UHGV virus genome: UHGV-0119398
Direction: 5' to 3' (one strand)
DNA length: 27,935 nucleotides
Source of the DNA: a virus
Under the pieces are notes generated by a model that searched no databases, was not told the origin of the DNA, and saw only the letters and a program-made list of their open reading frames with translations. Every line of letters starts with the position of its first letter. Position 1 is the first letter of the stretch. Below, in pieces: positions 16,409 through 23,783 of the stretch. Position numbers and translations under genes: made by a program.

Positions 16409-16553
16409 CCCGAAAACCAATGGTGACCTGAGCGCGGATATCCGCCGCCTTGAGGGCGCGCTGACCGCCTGCGCGCTGCAGGTCAAAACCGTCAAACACT
16501 GTCAGGATGAACTCGATGCAGAAGCACAAAAGCCTGCGCAAAGCGCTGATTGA
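16263..16553 (+). CDS. lysC: LysC, Rz1-like outer-membrane lipoprotein spanin, embedded/overlapping in another frame
   Basis: 96 aa; signal peptide with Cys cluster LTLCVGCTPAPPAPAP followed by a Pro-rich stretch; starts inside lysB and extends past it, as in P2 lysB/lysC. Confidence 0.7.
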   Translation: MKMKPFAAGITLLCLTLCVGCTPAPPAPAPVIVVSGCPRVSLCPMPGSDPKTNGDLSADIRRLEGALTACALQVKTVKHCQDELDAEAQKPAQSAD

Positions 16554-16983
16554 CGCCGTGCCGCAGCTCCGAAACAACCCCGATATGCTGCGCCTGTTTG
16601 CTGACAACGGCCATACAGATTCCCGGCTGGCGAGCTCGCTATCGTTTGAAAAAGTGTACGTGCTTAACGTGGTGGTGACCGACTTCACCGGTGACCTCGA
16701 TTTGATATTCGTGCCGGTGCAGGCGTGGCTGCGTGAGCATCAGCCGGACATTATGACCACCGACGACGGGCGGGAAAAAGGATTCACCTGGATTATTGAT
16801 ATCAATAACGACGATTCACTCGATATCAGTATCAGCCTGAGGCTCACCGAGCGCACGCTCGTCAAAGAGGTCGACGGCGCGCTGCATGTCAGCTATGCCC
16901 CTGAGCCGACGCTTCCTGAGCCGGTAACGCGCCCGGTCGAGCTTTACGTTAACGGCGAACTGGTGAGTAAGTGGGATGAGTGA
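16516..16983 (+). CDS. R: Tail completion protein R
   Basis: 155 aa from ATG 16516 (AGGATG SD); LRKALIDAV...NPDMLRLFADNG...SLSFEK.Y.LNVVVTDFTGD... matches P2 gpR. Confidence 0.85.
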   Translation: MQKHKSLRKALIDAVPQLRNNPDMLRLFADNGHTDSRLASSLSFEKVYVLNVVVTDFTGDLDLIFVPVQAWLREHQPDIMTTDDGREKGFTWIIDINNDDSLDISISLRLTERTLVKEVDGALHVSYAPEPTLPEPVTRPVELYVNGELVSKWDE

Positions 16984-17425
16984 GTTAACCGCGCTGCAGG
17001 AACGTCTTGCCGGTCTGATTGCCAGCCTGTCACCGGCGGCGCGTCGGCAAATGGCGGCTGAGATTGCGAAAAAGCTGCGTACCAGTCAGCAACAGCGCAT
17101 CAAGCGCCAGCAGGCACCCGACGGCACCCCGTATGCGGCGCGAAAGCGCCAGCCGGTGCGGAGCAAGAAAGGCCGCATTAAGCGCGAAATGTTCGCCAAA
17201 CTGCGCACCAACCGCTTTATGAAAGCCAAAGGCAGCGACAGTGCGGCGGCGGTGGAGTTTACCGGCAAGGTGCAGCGCATGGCGCGGGTGCATCAGTACG
17301 GCCTCAAAGACCGACCAAACCGCAACAGCCGGGATGTGCAGTACGAGGCGCGCCCGTTACTCGGTTTCACCCGCGACGATGAGCAGATGATTGAAGGCGT
17401 CATTATCAGGCACCTCGGCAAATAA
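16976..17425 (+). CDS. S: Tail completion/virion morphogenesis protein S
   Basis: 149 aa; position and length as P2 gpS; start overlaps the end of R. Confidence 0.85.
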   Translation: MSELTALQERLAGLIASLSPAARRQMAAEIAKKLRTSQQQRIKRQQAPDGTPYAARKRQPVRSKKGRIKREMFAKLRTNRFMKAKGSDSAAAVEFTGKVQRMARVHQYGLKDRPNRNSRDVQYEARPLLGFTRDDEQMIEGVIIRHLGK

Positions 17426-17493
17426 ATATTGTGTGAACCACCACCGGAGCCGCGCGAATTGGCGCGGCTCCAGACCAGAGGCATCCTTGCACT

Positions 17494-18129
17494 ATGAATA
17501 CGCTATCCACGATACAGGAGCTCGCGCGCGCGATTCGCAACCTCATCCGCTCAGGTGTGGTGACTGAGGTCGATACCGTGCAGGGGCTGTGCCGCGTACA
17601 AAGCGGCGGGATCCAGACTACATGGCTGAACTGGCTGACCACCCGCGCCGGTCGCTCGCGGACGTGGTGGGCTCCCTCGGTCGGTGAGCAGGTGTTGCTG
17701 CTGGCAATCGGTGGCGAGCTTGATACCGCTTTCGTGCTGCCGGGTATTTTCTCCGACGATAACCCCGCCCCGTCTGCCTCGGCGGATGCGTGGCATGTGG
17801 CTTTCCCTGATGGTGCGGTCATTGAGTACGAGCCCGAAACCGGCGCGCTGACGGTCAGCGGCATAAAAACGGCCGACGTGACGGCATCGGAGTCCATCAC
17901 CGCAACCGTGCCGCTGGTACTGGTGAAAGCCTCGACCAGTATCACCCTCGACACCCCGGAGGTGATTTGCACCAATAAGCTGACGACGGCGACGCTTGAG
18001 GTGCAGAAAGGCGGCAAGATGAGCGGAAATATCGAACATTCCGGCGGGTCACTGTCGTCTAATGGCAAGGTACTCCACACCCATAAACACCCGGGCGACA
18101 GCGGCGGGCAAACGGGGGCACCGTTATGA
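17494..18129 (+). CDS. V: Baseplate spike protein V
   Basis: 211 aa, same length as P2 gpV; first gene of the V-W-J-I-H-G block. Confidence 0.88.
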   Translation: MNTLSTIQELARAIRNLIRSGVVTEVDTVQGLCRVQSGGIQTTWLNWLTTRAGRSRTWWAPSVGEQVLLLAIGGELDTAFVLPGIFSDDNPAPSASADAWHVAFPDGAVIEYEPETGALTVSGIKTADVTASESITATVPLVLVKASTSITLDTPEVICTNKLTTATLEVQKGGKMSGNIEHSGGSLSSNGKVLHTHKHPGDSGGQTGAPL

Positions 18130-18473
18130 CGGCGCGCTATCAGGGTATGAACCGAAATACCGGCCTCGGCATCAGCGACACTGAGCACATCAGCCAGAGC
18201 ATGCGCGATATTCTGCTGACGCCGGTCGGCTCGCGGGTGATGCGTCGTGAATATGGCTCGCTCCTGTCGGCGCTGATTGATATGCCGCAAAACCCGGCGC
18301 TCAGGCTGCAAATTATGGTGGCGTGCTATTCGGCTATCCAGAAGTGGGAGCCGCGCATCAGGCTTACCTCTGTCAGCTTTGAGACCGGCGACGCTGGCGA
18401 GATGTATGTCGATATTACCGGGATGCGTACCGATACCGGTGCGTCAGTTTCAACCACTGTTTCACTGAGTTAA
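18126..18473 (+). CDS. W: Baseplate protein W (gp25-like)
   Basis: 115 aa, same as P2 gpW; ATGA overlap with V. Confidence 0.88.
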   Translation: MTARYQGMNRNTGLGISDTEHISQSMRDILLTPVGSRVMRREYGSLLSALIDMPQNPALRLQIMVACYSAIQKWEPRIRLTSVSFETGDAGEMYVDITGMRTDTGASVSTTVSLS

Positions 18474-18479
18474 ATCACT

Positions 18480-19388
18480 ATGGCAAACGTTGACCTGAGT
18501 CAGTTACCCGTTCCCGATGTGGTTGAGGAACTGGACTATGAAAACATCCTTGCGGAACGCATTGCGACGCTGATTTCGCTCTATCCCGAAGACCAGCAGG
18601 AGGCCATTGCCCGGACACTGGCGCTTGAGTCAGAGCCGATTGTTAAGCTGCTGCAGGAAAACGCCTACCGTGAAGTTATCTGGCGTCAGCGGGTGAACGA
18701 AGCCGCGCAGGCGGTAACGCTGGCCTATTCCGCCGGTAGCGACCTCGACGCCATGGCCGGGAACAACAATACCGAACGTCTGACCATCACCCCGGCGGAT
18801 GACACCACCATTCCGCCGACGCCTGCCGCTATGGAGTCCGATACCGACCTGCGTCTGCGCGCACAACAGGCATTTGAGGGGTTAAGCGTGGCGGGGCCGG
18901 TCGGCGCATATGAGTATCACGGTCGCAGCGCCGACGGGCGGGTCGCCGACGTTTCGGTCGCAAGTCCGTCGCCAGCCTGCGTGACGATTACGGTGCTATC
19001 GCGCGAGGGTGACGGCACTGCCAGCCCTGAACTACTGGCGATTGTTGATAAAGCGCTGAATGCCGAAGATGTGCGCCCGGTGGCCGACCGGGTGACCGTC
19101 CAGTCAGCCGAGGTTGTGTCATACCAGATTGACGCGACGCTCTACGTTTACCCCGGTCCCGAATCTGAACCCATCAGACAGGCATCAGAGCAGAAGCTGC
19201 AGAGCTACATCAGCGCGCAGCACCGCCTCGGTCGTGATATCCGTCTGTCGGCCATTTACGCGGCACTGCATGTTGAGGGGGTGCAGCGTGTCGAGCTGGC
19301 ATCACCGCAGGCCGATATTGTGCTGAGTAAGTCGCAGGCGTCGAACTGCACCGAGTATCAGATAACTATCGGGGGCTCGGATGAGTGA
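18480..19388 (+). CDS. J: Baseplate protein J
   Basis: 302 aa, same as P2 gpJ; conserved position. Confidence 0.9.
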   Translation: MANVDLSQLPVPDVVEELDYENILAERIATLISLYPEDQQEAIARTLALESEPIVKLLQENAYREVIWRQRVNEAAQAVTLAYSAGSDLDAMAGNNNTERLTITPADDTTIPPTPAAMESDTDLRLRAQQAFEGLSVAGPVGAYEYHGRSADGRVADVSVASPSPACVTITVLSREGDGTASPELLAIVDKALNAEDVRPVADRVTVQSAEVVSYQIDATLYVYPGPESEPIRQASEQKLQSYISAQHRLGRDIRLSAIYAALHVEGVQRVELASPQADIVLSKSQASNCTEYQITIGGSDE

Positions 19389-19989
19389 CCGATTGTTACC
19401 CGTTGGTTCGTCGCCGCTGGAGGTTGCCGCCGCTGCCGCGCTCTCTGAGATTCAGCGCGTGCCGGTACCGCTGCGCACCCTGTGGAACTGGCGCACCTGC
19501 CCGGTAAAACTTCTGCCGTATCTGGCGTGGGCGCTGTCGGTCGACAGGTGGGATGAGAAGTGGCCGGAGGCGACAAAGCGCAGCGTCTGTGCCTCCTCGT
19601 TTTTCGTCCATCAGCACAAAGGCACTATCAGCGCATTGCGTCGGGTGGTCGAGCCGCTCGGCTTTCTGATTGAGGTGCGCGAGTGGTGGCAGCTCGACGA
19701 GGAGCCAGGCACATTCCGCCTCGTTGTCGGCGTGCTCGATAGCGGCATCACTGACGAAATGTATCAGGAGCTTGAGCGCCTGATTGAAGACGCCAAACCA
19801 GCAAGTCGCCACATGACCGGGCTGGCTATCAGCCTGAGTGCAACCGGCGAGCTGTATGTCGGCGCGGGATGTTACGACGGCGACGCGCTGACCGTTTACC
19901 CCTACACCCCAGAGGAAATTGTCGTCGGCGGTGAATATTACCCGGCCTCGGCCATCCATTTGATTGATAACCTGAGAGTGAACGCATGA
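19381..19989 (+). CDS. I: Baseplate/tail protein I
   Basis: 202 aa; position between J and H; start overlaps the end of J. Confidence 0.85.
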   Translation: MSDRLLPVGSSPLEVAAAAALSEIQRVPVPLRTLWNWRTCPVKLLPYLAWALSVDRWDEKWPEATKRSVCASSFFVHQHKGTISALRRVVEPLGFLIEVREWWQLDEEPGTFRLVVGVLDSGITDEMYQELERLIEDAKPASRHMTGLAISLSATGELYVGAGCYDGDALTVYPYTPEEIVVGGEYYPASAIHLIDNLRVNA

Positions 19990-20942
19990 CCGCAAAATAT
20001 TTTGCCATTCTGACCAATCAGGGCGCGGCGCGGCTGGCGAACGCGGCGGCACTCGGTACCAAACTCAACCTGACGCAGATGGCCGTCGGTGATGCAAATG
20101 GTACGTTGCCGACTCCTGACCCGGCGCAGACGAAGCTCATTAACCAGAAGCGCATCGCGCCGCTGAACCTGCTGACCGTTGACCCGGCCAATCCCAGCCA
20201 GATTATCGCGGAACAGATTATTCCCGAGAATGAAGGTGGTTTCTGGATCCGCGAGATTGGTCTCTATGACGATGACGGCATTCTGATTGCCGTGGCGAAC
20301 TGCCCGGAGACCTACAAGCCGCAACTGCAGGAGGGAAGCGGCCGCACGCAGACCATTCGCATGATTCTGATTGTATCGAGCACGGCGGCAATCACCCTGA
20401 AAATTGACCCGTCGGTCGTACTGGCAACGCGTCAGTATGTCGACGATAAGGTTATCGAGGTGAAAGCCTATGCTGATGACCTGATGAAAAAGCACCTTGA
20501 CGACGCAAACCCGCATAAACAATACCCACTGATTGCAAATGCGCTTAAAGAAATGTCTGACGCAGGTCTGGTGACAAAGATTTTTGAGAATCTAGGTTTG
20601 GGTGAGGGAGCAAAATTAGCAGCAGCTCAGGTTGTTGCCAACGTCACAGGGTATCTGATATTGCCTGTGAAAGTTAACGGAGTGGAGAGGTCATTGATTG
20701 TGCAATGGTTCGGGGCTGCAACCAGTGATTATACGACACCAGTATCAGTGAATTTTCCAATAGCATTCCCTAATGAATGCCTAATTCCTTTATTCAGCGA
20801 CGTATCAACGGGGGCTGTGGATTTAAGCTCAACCGCTGCTTATAACCTTGCTGCCGGGCGGGCGTATTACACGTCGGTCACCAAAACACAAATAACGTGT
20901 GCGGGATACGGCGGTTTTAGAGTTCTGGCTATTGGGTGGTGA
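19986..20942 (+). CDS. H: Short tail fibre protein H (conserved N-terminal anchor, divergent AT-rich C-terminal receptor-binding part)
   Basis: 318 aa; N-terminal ~170 aa match the P2 gpH N-terminus (...MAVGDANGTLP...GGFWIREIGLYDDDGILIAVAN...YKPQLQEGSGRTQTIRMILIVSS); the rest is unrelated and AT-richer. Confidence 0.8.
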   Translation: MTAKYFAILTNQGAARLANAAALGTKLNLTQMAVGDANGTLPTPDPAQTKLINQKRIAPLNLLTVDPANPSQIIAEQIIPENEGGFWIREIGLYDDDGILIAVANCPETYKPQLQEGSGRTQTIRMILIVSSTAAITLKIDPSVVLATRQYVDDKVIEVKAYADDLMKKHLDDANPHKQYPLIANALKEMSDAGLVTKIFENLGLGEGAKLAAAQVVANVTGYLILPVKVNGVERSLIVQWFGAATSDYTTPVSVNFPIAFPNECLIPLFSDVSTGAVDLSSTAAYNLAAGRAYYTSVTKTQITCAGYGGFRVLAIGW

Positions 20943-20947
20943 TAAAT

Positions 20948-21379
20948 ATGAATATGAGTATCTATTTTTCTGCATTGGAAAATGCTTTTTATTCCACGGA
21001 ATTAAAAAATGATTACATAGCGGCTGACAGTTGGCCGAAAGATGCCGCGATGGTTGATTATGATGTTTTTTTAGAGTTCGCATTAAACGAACCGCCGGAA
21101 GGTAAGAGGAGAGTTGCTGGTAGAGATGGTCTTCCTGCATGGGCTGATATCCCCCCCTTGTCTTATGATGAACAGGTGGCTATAGCTACAAACAAAAAGG
21201 CCGCACTGTTGGCCGAAGCCCAGGGCACAATCAGCCTGTGGCAAACCGAGCTGCAGCTCGGCATCATCAGCGACGATGACAAAACCAGCCTGATTGCATG
21301 GATAAAATACATTCAGGCGCTGAACGCGGTCGACACTTCCACGGCTCCGGGTATCGAGTGGCCGGTTAAACCGGAGTAA
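20948..21379 (+). CDS. G: Tail fibre assembly chaperone (gpG/Tfa family)
   Basis: C-terminal block ...LWQTELQLGIISDDDKTSLIAWIKYIQALNAVDTSTAPGIEWPVKPE is typical Tfa; start uncertain (GTG 20936, ATG 20948 or ATG 20954). Confidence 0.75.
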   Translation: MNMSIYFSALENAFYSTELKNDYIAADSWPKDAAMVDYDVFLEFALNEPPEGKRRVAGRDGLPAWADIPPLSYDEQVAIATNKKAALLAEAQGTISLWQTELQLGIISDDDKTSLIAWIKYIQALNAVDTSTAPGIEWPVKPE

Positions 21380-21384
21380 CGCAG

Positions 21385-21409
21385 GGCGGGCTGATGCCCG
21401 TCTTTTTTT
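21385..21409 (+). terminator. Rho-independent terminator after the tail-fibre operon
   Basis: GGCGGGC-TGAT-GCCCGTC stem-loop followed by a T7 run, just after the G stop. Confidence 0.6.
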
Positions 21410-21510
21410 CAATTTGTTTATGTGCCATCGGCCACCCATCGCCGACAAATAGCCCCTCACCAGACCAGTCAGGACAATAACACTCGCCCACTAACCACGG
21501 AGTTAACCGG

Positions 21511-22698
21511 ATGAGTGATTTTCACCACGGCGTACAGGTGCTTGAGATTAACGACGGCACCCGCGTCATTTCAACTGTCGCAACCGCAATCGTCGGCATG
21601 GTCTGCACGGCCAGCGATGCGGATGCCGAAACATTCCCCCTCAATGAGCCGGTACTGATTACCAATGTGCAGAGCGCCATTGCGAAAGCCGGTAAAAAAG
21701 GCACGCTGGCCGCATCCCTGCAGGCTATCGCCGACCAGTCAAAGCCCGTCACCGTTGTCGTGCGCGTTGCCGAAGGTGTCGACGATGACCCGGATGCAGC
21801 TCAGGCGCAGACCATTTCCAACATCATCGGCGGCACGGATGAGAACGGTAAATACACCGGTATCAAAGCGCTGTTGACTGCCGAAGCGGTCACCGGCGTT
21901 AAGCCGCGAATTCTCGGCGTGCCGGGTCTCGATACGCAGGAAGTAGCAACCGCGCTCGCGTCGGTCTGTATCAGCCTGCGCGCATTTGGTTATATCAGCG
22001 CATGGGGCTGCAAGACCATTTCCGAGGCGATGGCCTATCGCGAGAATTTCAGTCAGCGCGAGCTGATGGTCATCTGGCCTGACTTCCTCGCATGGGACAC
22101 CACCACTAACGCCACCGCAACAGCCTACGCCACCGCTCGCGCGCTCGGCCTGCGCGCCTACATCGACCAGACTGTCGGCTGGCACAAAACCCTGTCTAAC
22201 GTCGGCGTGCAGGGTGTCACCGGCATCAGTGCCTCAGTGTTTTGGGATTTGCAGGCATCCGGCACCGATGCTGACCTGCTCAACGAGGCCGGGGTTACGA
22301 CGCTGGTGCGCAAGGATGGTTTCCGCTTTTGGGGTAACAGCACCTGCTCTGATGACCCGCTTTTCCTGTTTGAGAACTACACCCGCACCGCGCAGGTGCT
22401 CGCCGACACGATGGCCGAGGCGCACATGTGGGCGGTCGATAAGCCCATCACCGCATCGCTCATCCGCGACATTGTCGACGGCATTAACGCCAAATTCCGC
22501 GAGCTGAAATCAAATGGCTACATCGTGGACGGTGAATGCTGGTTCGACGAGGAATCGAACGACAAGGAAACCCTCAAGGCCGGGAAACTGTATATCGACT
22601 ATGACTATACGCCGGTTCCACCACTGGAAAACCTGACCCTGCGCCAGCGTATCACCGATAAATATCTGGTGAATCTGGCCGAATCGGTCAACAGCTAA
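21511..22698 (+). CDS. FI: Tail sheath protein FI
   Basis: 395 aa (P2 FI is about 396); conserved position. Confidence 0.92.
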   Translation: MSDFHHGVQVLEINDGTRVISTVATAIVGMVCTASDADAETFPLNEPVLITNVQSAIAKAGKKGTLAASLQAIADQSKPVTVVVRVAEGVDDDPDAAQAQTISNIIGGTDENGKYTGIKALLTAEAVTGVKPRILGVPGLDTQEVATALASVCISLRAFGYISAWGCKTISEAMAYRENFSQRELMVIWPDFLAWDTTTNATATAYATARALGLRAYIDQTVGWHKTLSNVGVQGVTGISASVFWDLQASGTDADLLNEAGVTTLVRKDGFRFWGNSTCSDDPLFLFENYTRTAQVLADTMAEAHMWAVDKPITASLIRDIVDGINAKFRELKSNGYIVDGECWFDEESNDKETLKAGKLYIDYDYTPVPPLENLTLRQRITDKYLVNLAESVNS

Positions 22699-22713
22699 GG
22701 AGCCTGAAATAAC

Positions 22714-23232
22714 ATGGCACTACCCCGCAAACTCAAATATCTGAACATGTTCAATGATGGCCTGAGCTACATGGGCGTTGTTGAATCCGTGACGCTGCCG
22801 AAGCTGACCCGCAAGCTCGAAAACTATCGCGGCGGCGGTATGAATGGTGCGGCGGCGATTGACCTCGGCCTCGACGACGATGCGCTCACCGTCGAATGGT
22901 CTGTCGGTGGCCTGCCCGATGTGGCGCTGTGGGCGCAGTACGCCGCGCCGGGTGCTGACGCTGTGCCGTTGCGTTTTGCTGGCTCTTACCAGCGCGACGA
23001 CACCGGCGAAATCATCGCGGTCGAGGTGGTCATGCGTGGCCGTCATAAAGAAATCGACGGCGGCGAAAATAAGCAGGGTGAAAACACCTCGACCAAACTG
23101 TCGACCGTCTGCACCTATTACCGCCTCACGATTGATGGTAGCGACGTCATCGAAATCGACACCGTCAACATGGTCGAGAAGGTGAACGGCGTCGACCGCC
23201 TGGAACAGCACCGCCGCGCAATCGGGCTGTAA
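22714..23232 (+). CDS. FII: Tail tube protein FII
   Basis: 172 aa, same as P2 FII; follows the sheath gene. Confidence 0.92.
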   Translation: MALPRKLKYLNMFNDGLSYMGVVESVTLPKLTRKLENYRGGGMNGAAAIDLGLDDDALTVEWSVGGLPDVALWAQYAAPGADAVPLRFAGSYQRDDTGEIIAVEVVMRGRHKEIDGGENKQGENTSTKLSTVCTYYRLTIDGSDVIEIDTVNMVEKVNGVDRLEQHRRAIGL

Positions 23233-23295
23233 TTCCCTGACCGGTCAGCACTGCTGGCCGGTTATTAATCCCCATTCAGAGCAGAGAAAAACATC

Positions 23296-23631
23296 ATGGC
23301 AAAAGCACCACGCAAAACCGCTGAATTTGTTGATACGGCTGGCAATGAAATTGACACCGTAAACCCGAACGTCGTGACCCTCGACAAGCCGATTAAGCGC
23401 GCCGGTCAGACGATTGATAAAGTCACCCTGATTGAGCCGAACGCCGGTACCCTGCGCGGTGTCAGTCTGGCAGCGGTGGCGCAGTCCGAAGTCGATGCAC
23501 TGATTAAGGTACTGCCCCGCATGACCTATCCCGCGCTCACTGCGCAGGAGCTTACCGCAATGAACCTGCCCGATATGCTGTCGCTGGCCGCGAAGGTGAT
23601 TGGTTTTTTGTCACCGGCTTCGGCGGAATAG
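23296..23631 (+). CDS. E: Tail assembly chaperone E
   Basis: 111 aa; sits before the tape-measure gene; carries the T TTT TTG slippery heptamer near its 3' end. Confidence 0.85.
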   Translation: MAKAPRKTAEFVDTAGNEIDTVNPNVVTLDKPIKRAGQTIDKVTLIEPNAGTLRGVSLAAVAQSEVDALIKVLPRMTYPALTAQELTAMNLPDMLSLAAKVIGFLSPASAE

Positions 23632-23783
23632 ATTTCCCGCCTGACCTGTCGACCGATGACCTGATGGCGGATATTGCAGTGATATTCCACTGGTCGCCAT
23701 CAGAGCTCTATTCCCTGAGCCTGACCGAGCTCATCACATGGCGCGAAAAGGCGCTGCAGCGTAGCGGAAATCACAATGAGTAA
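23296..23783 (+). CDS. E': E+E' fusion made by programmed -1 ribosomal frameshift at TTTTTTG (23604-23610)
   Basis: Hand translation of the -1 frame from the slippery site gives ...FVTGFGGIDFPPDLSTDDLMADIAVIFHWSPSELYSLSLTELITWREKALQRSGNHNE with stop TAA at 23781-23783, matching the conserved P2 E' extension. Confidence 0.65.

Noticed and set aside
17406-18311. 301-aa minus-strand ORF antisense to baseplate gene V, and many similar long antisense ORFs across the late region (e.g. 12700-13308, 13748-14470, 19396-20052, 19938-20522, 23734-24282, 24504-24938, 25603-26145)
   Set aside because: They fully overlap well-supported P2-homologous genes on the other strand, have Arg/Ala/Gly/Pro-rich low-complexity translations typical of GC-rich shadow frames, and lack convincing ribosome-binding sites.
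21380-21510. Expected cargo at the Z/fun hotspot between the tail-fibre chaperone and sheath gene
   Set aside because: Only about 130 bp with a terminator and the presumed late promoter; no ORF.
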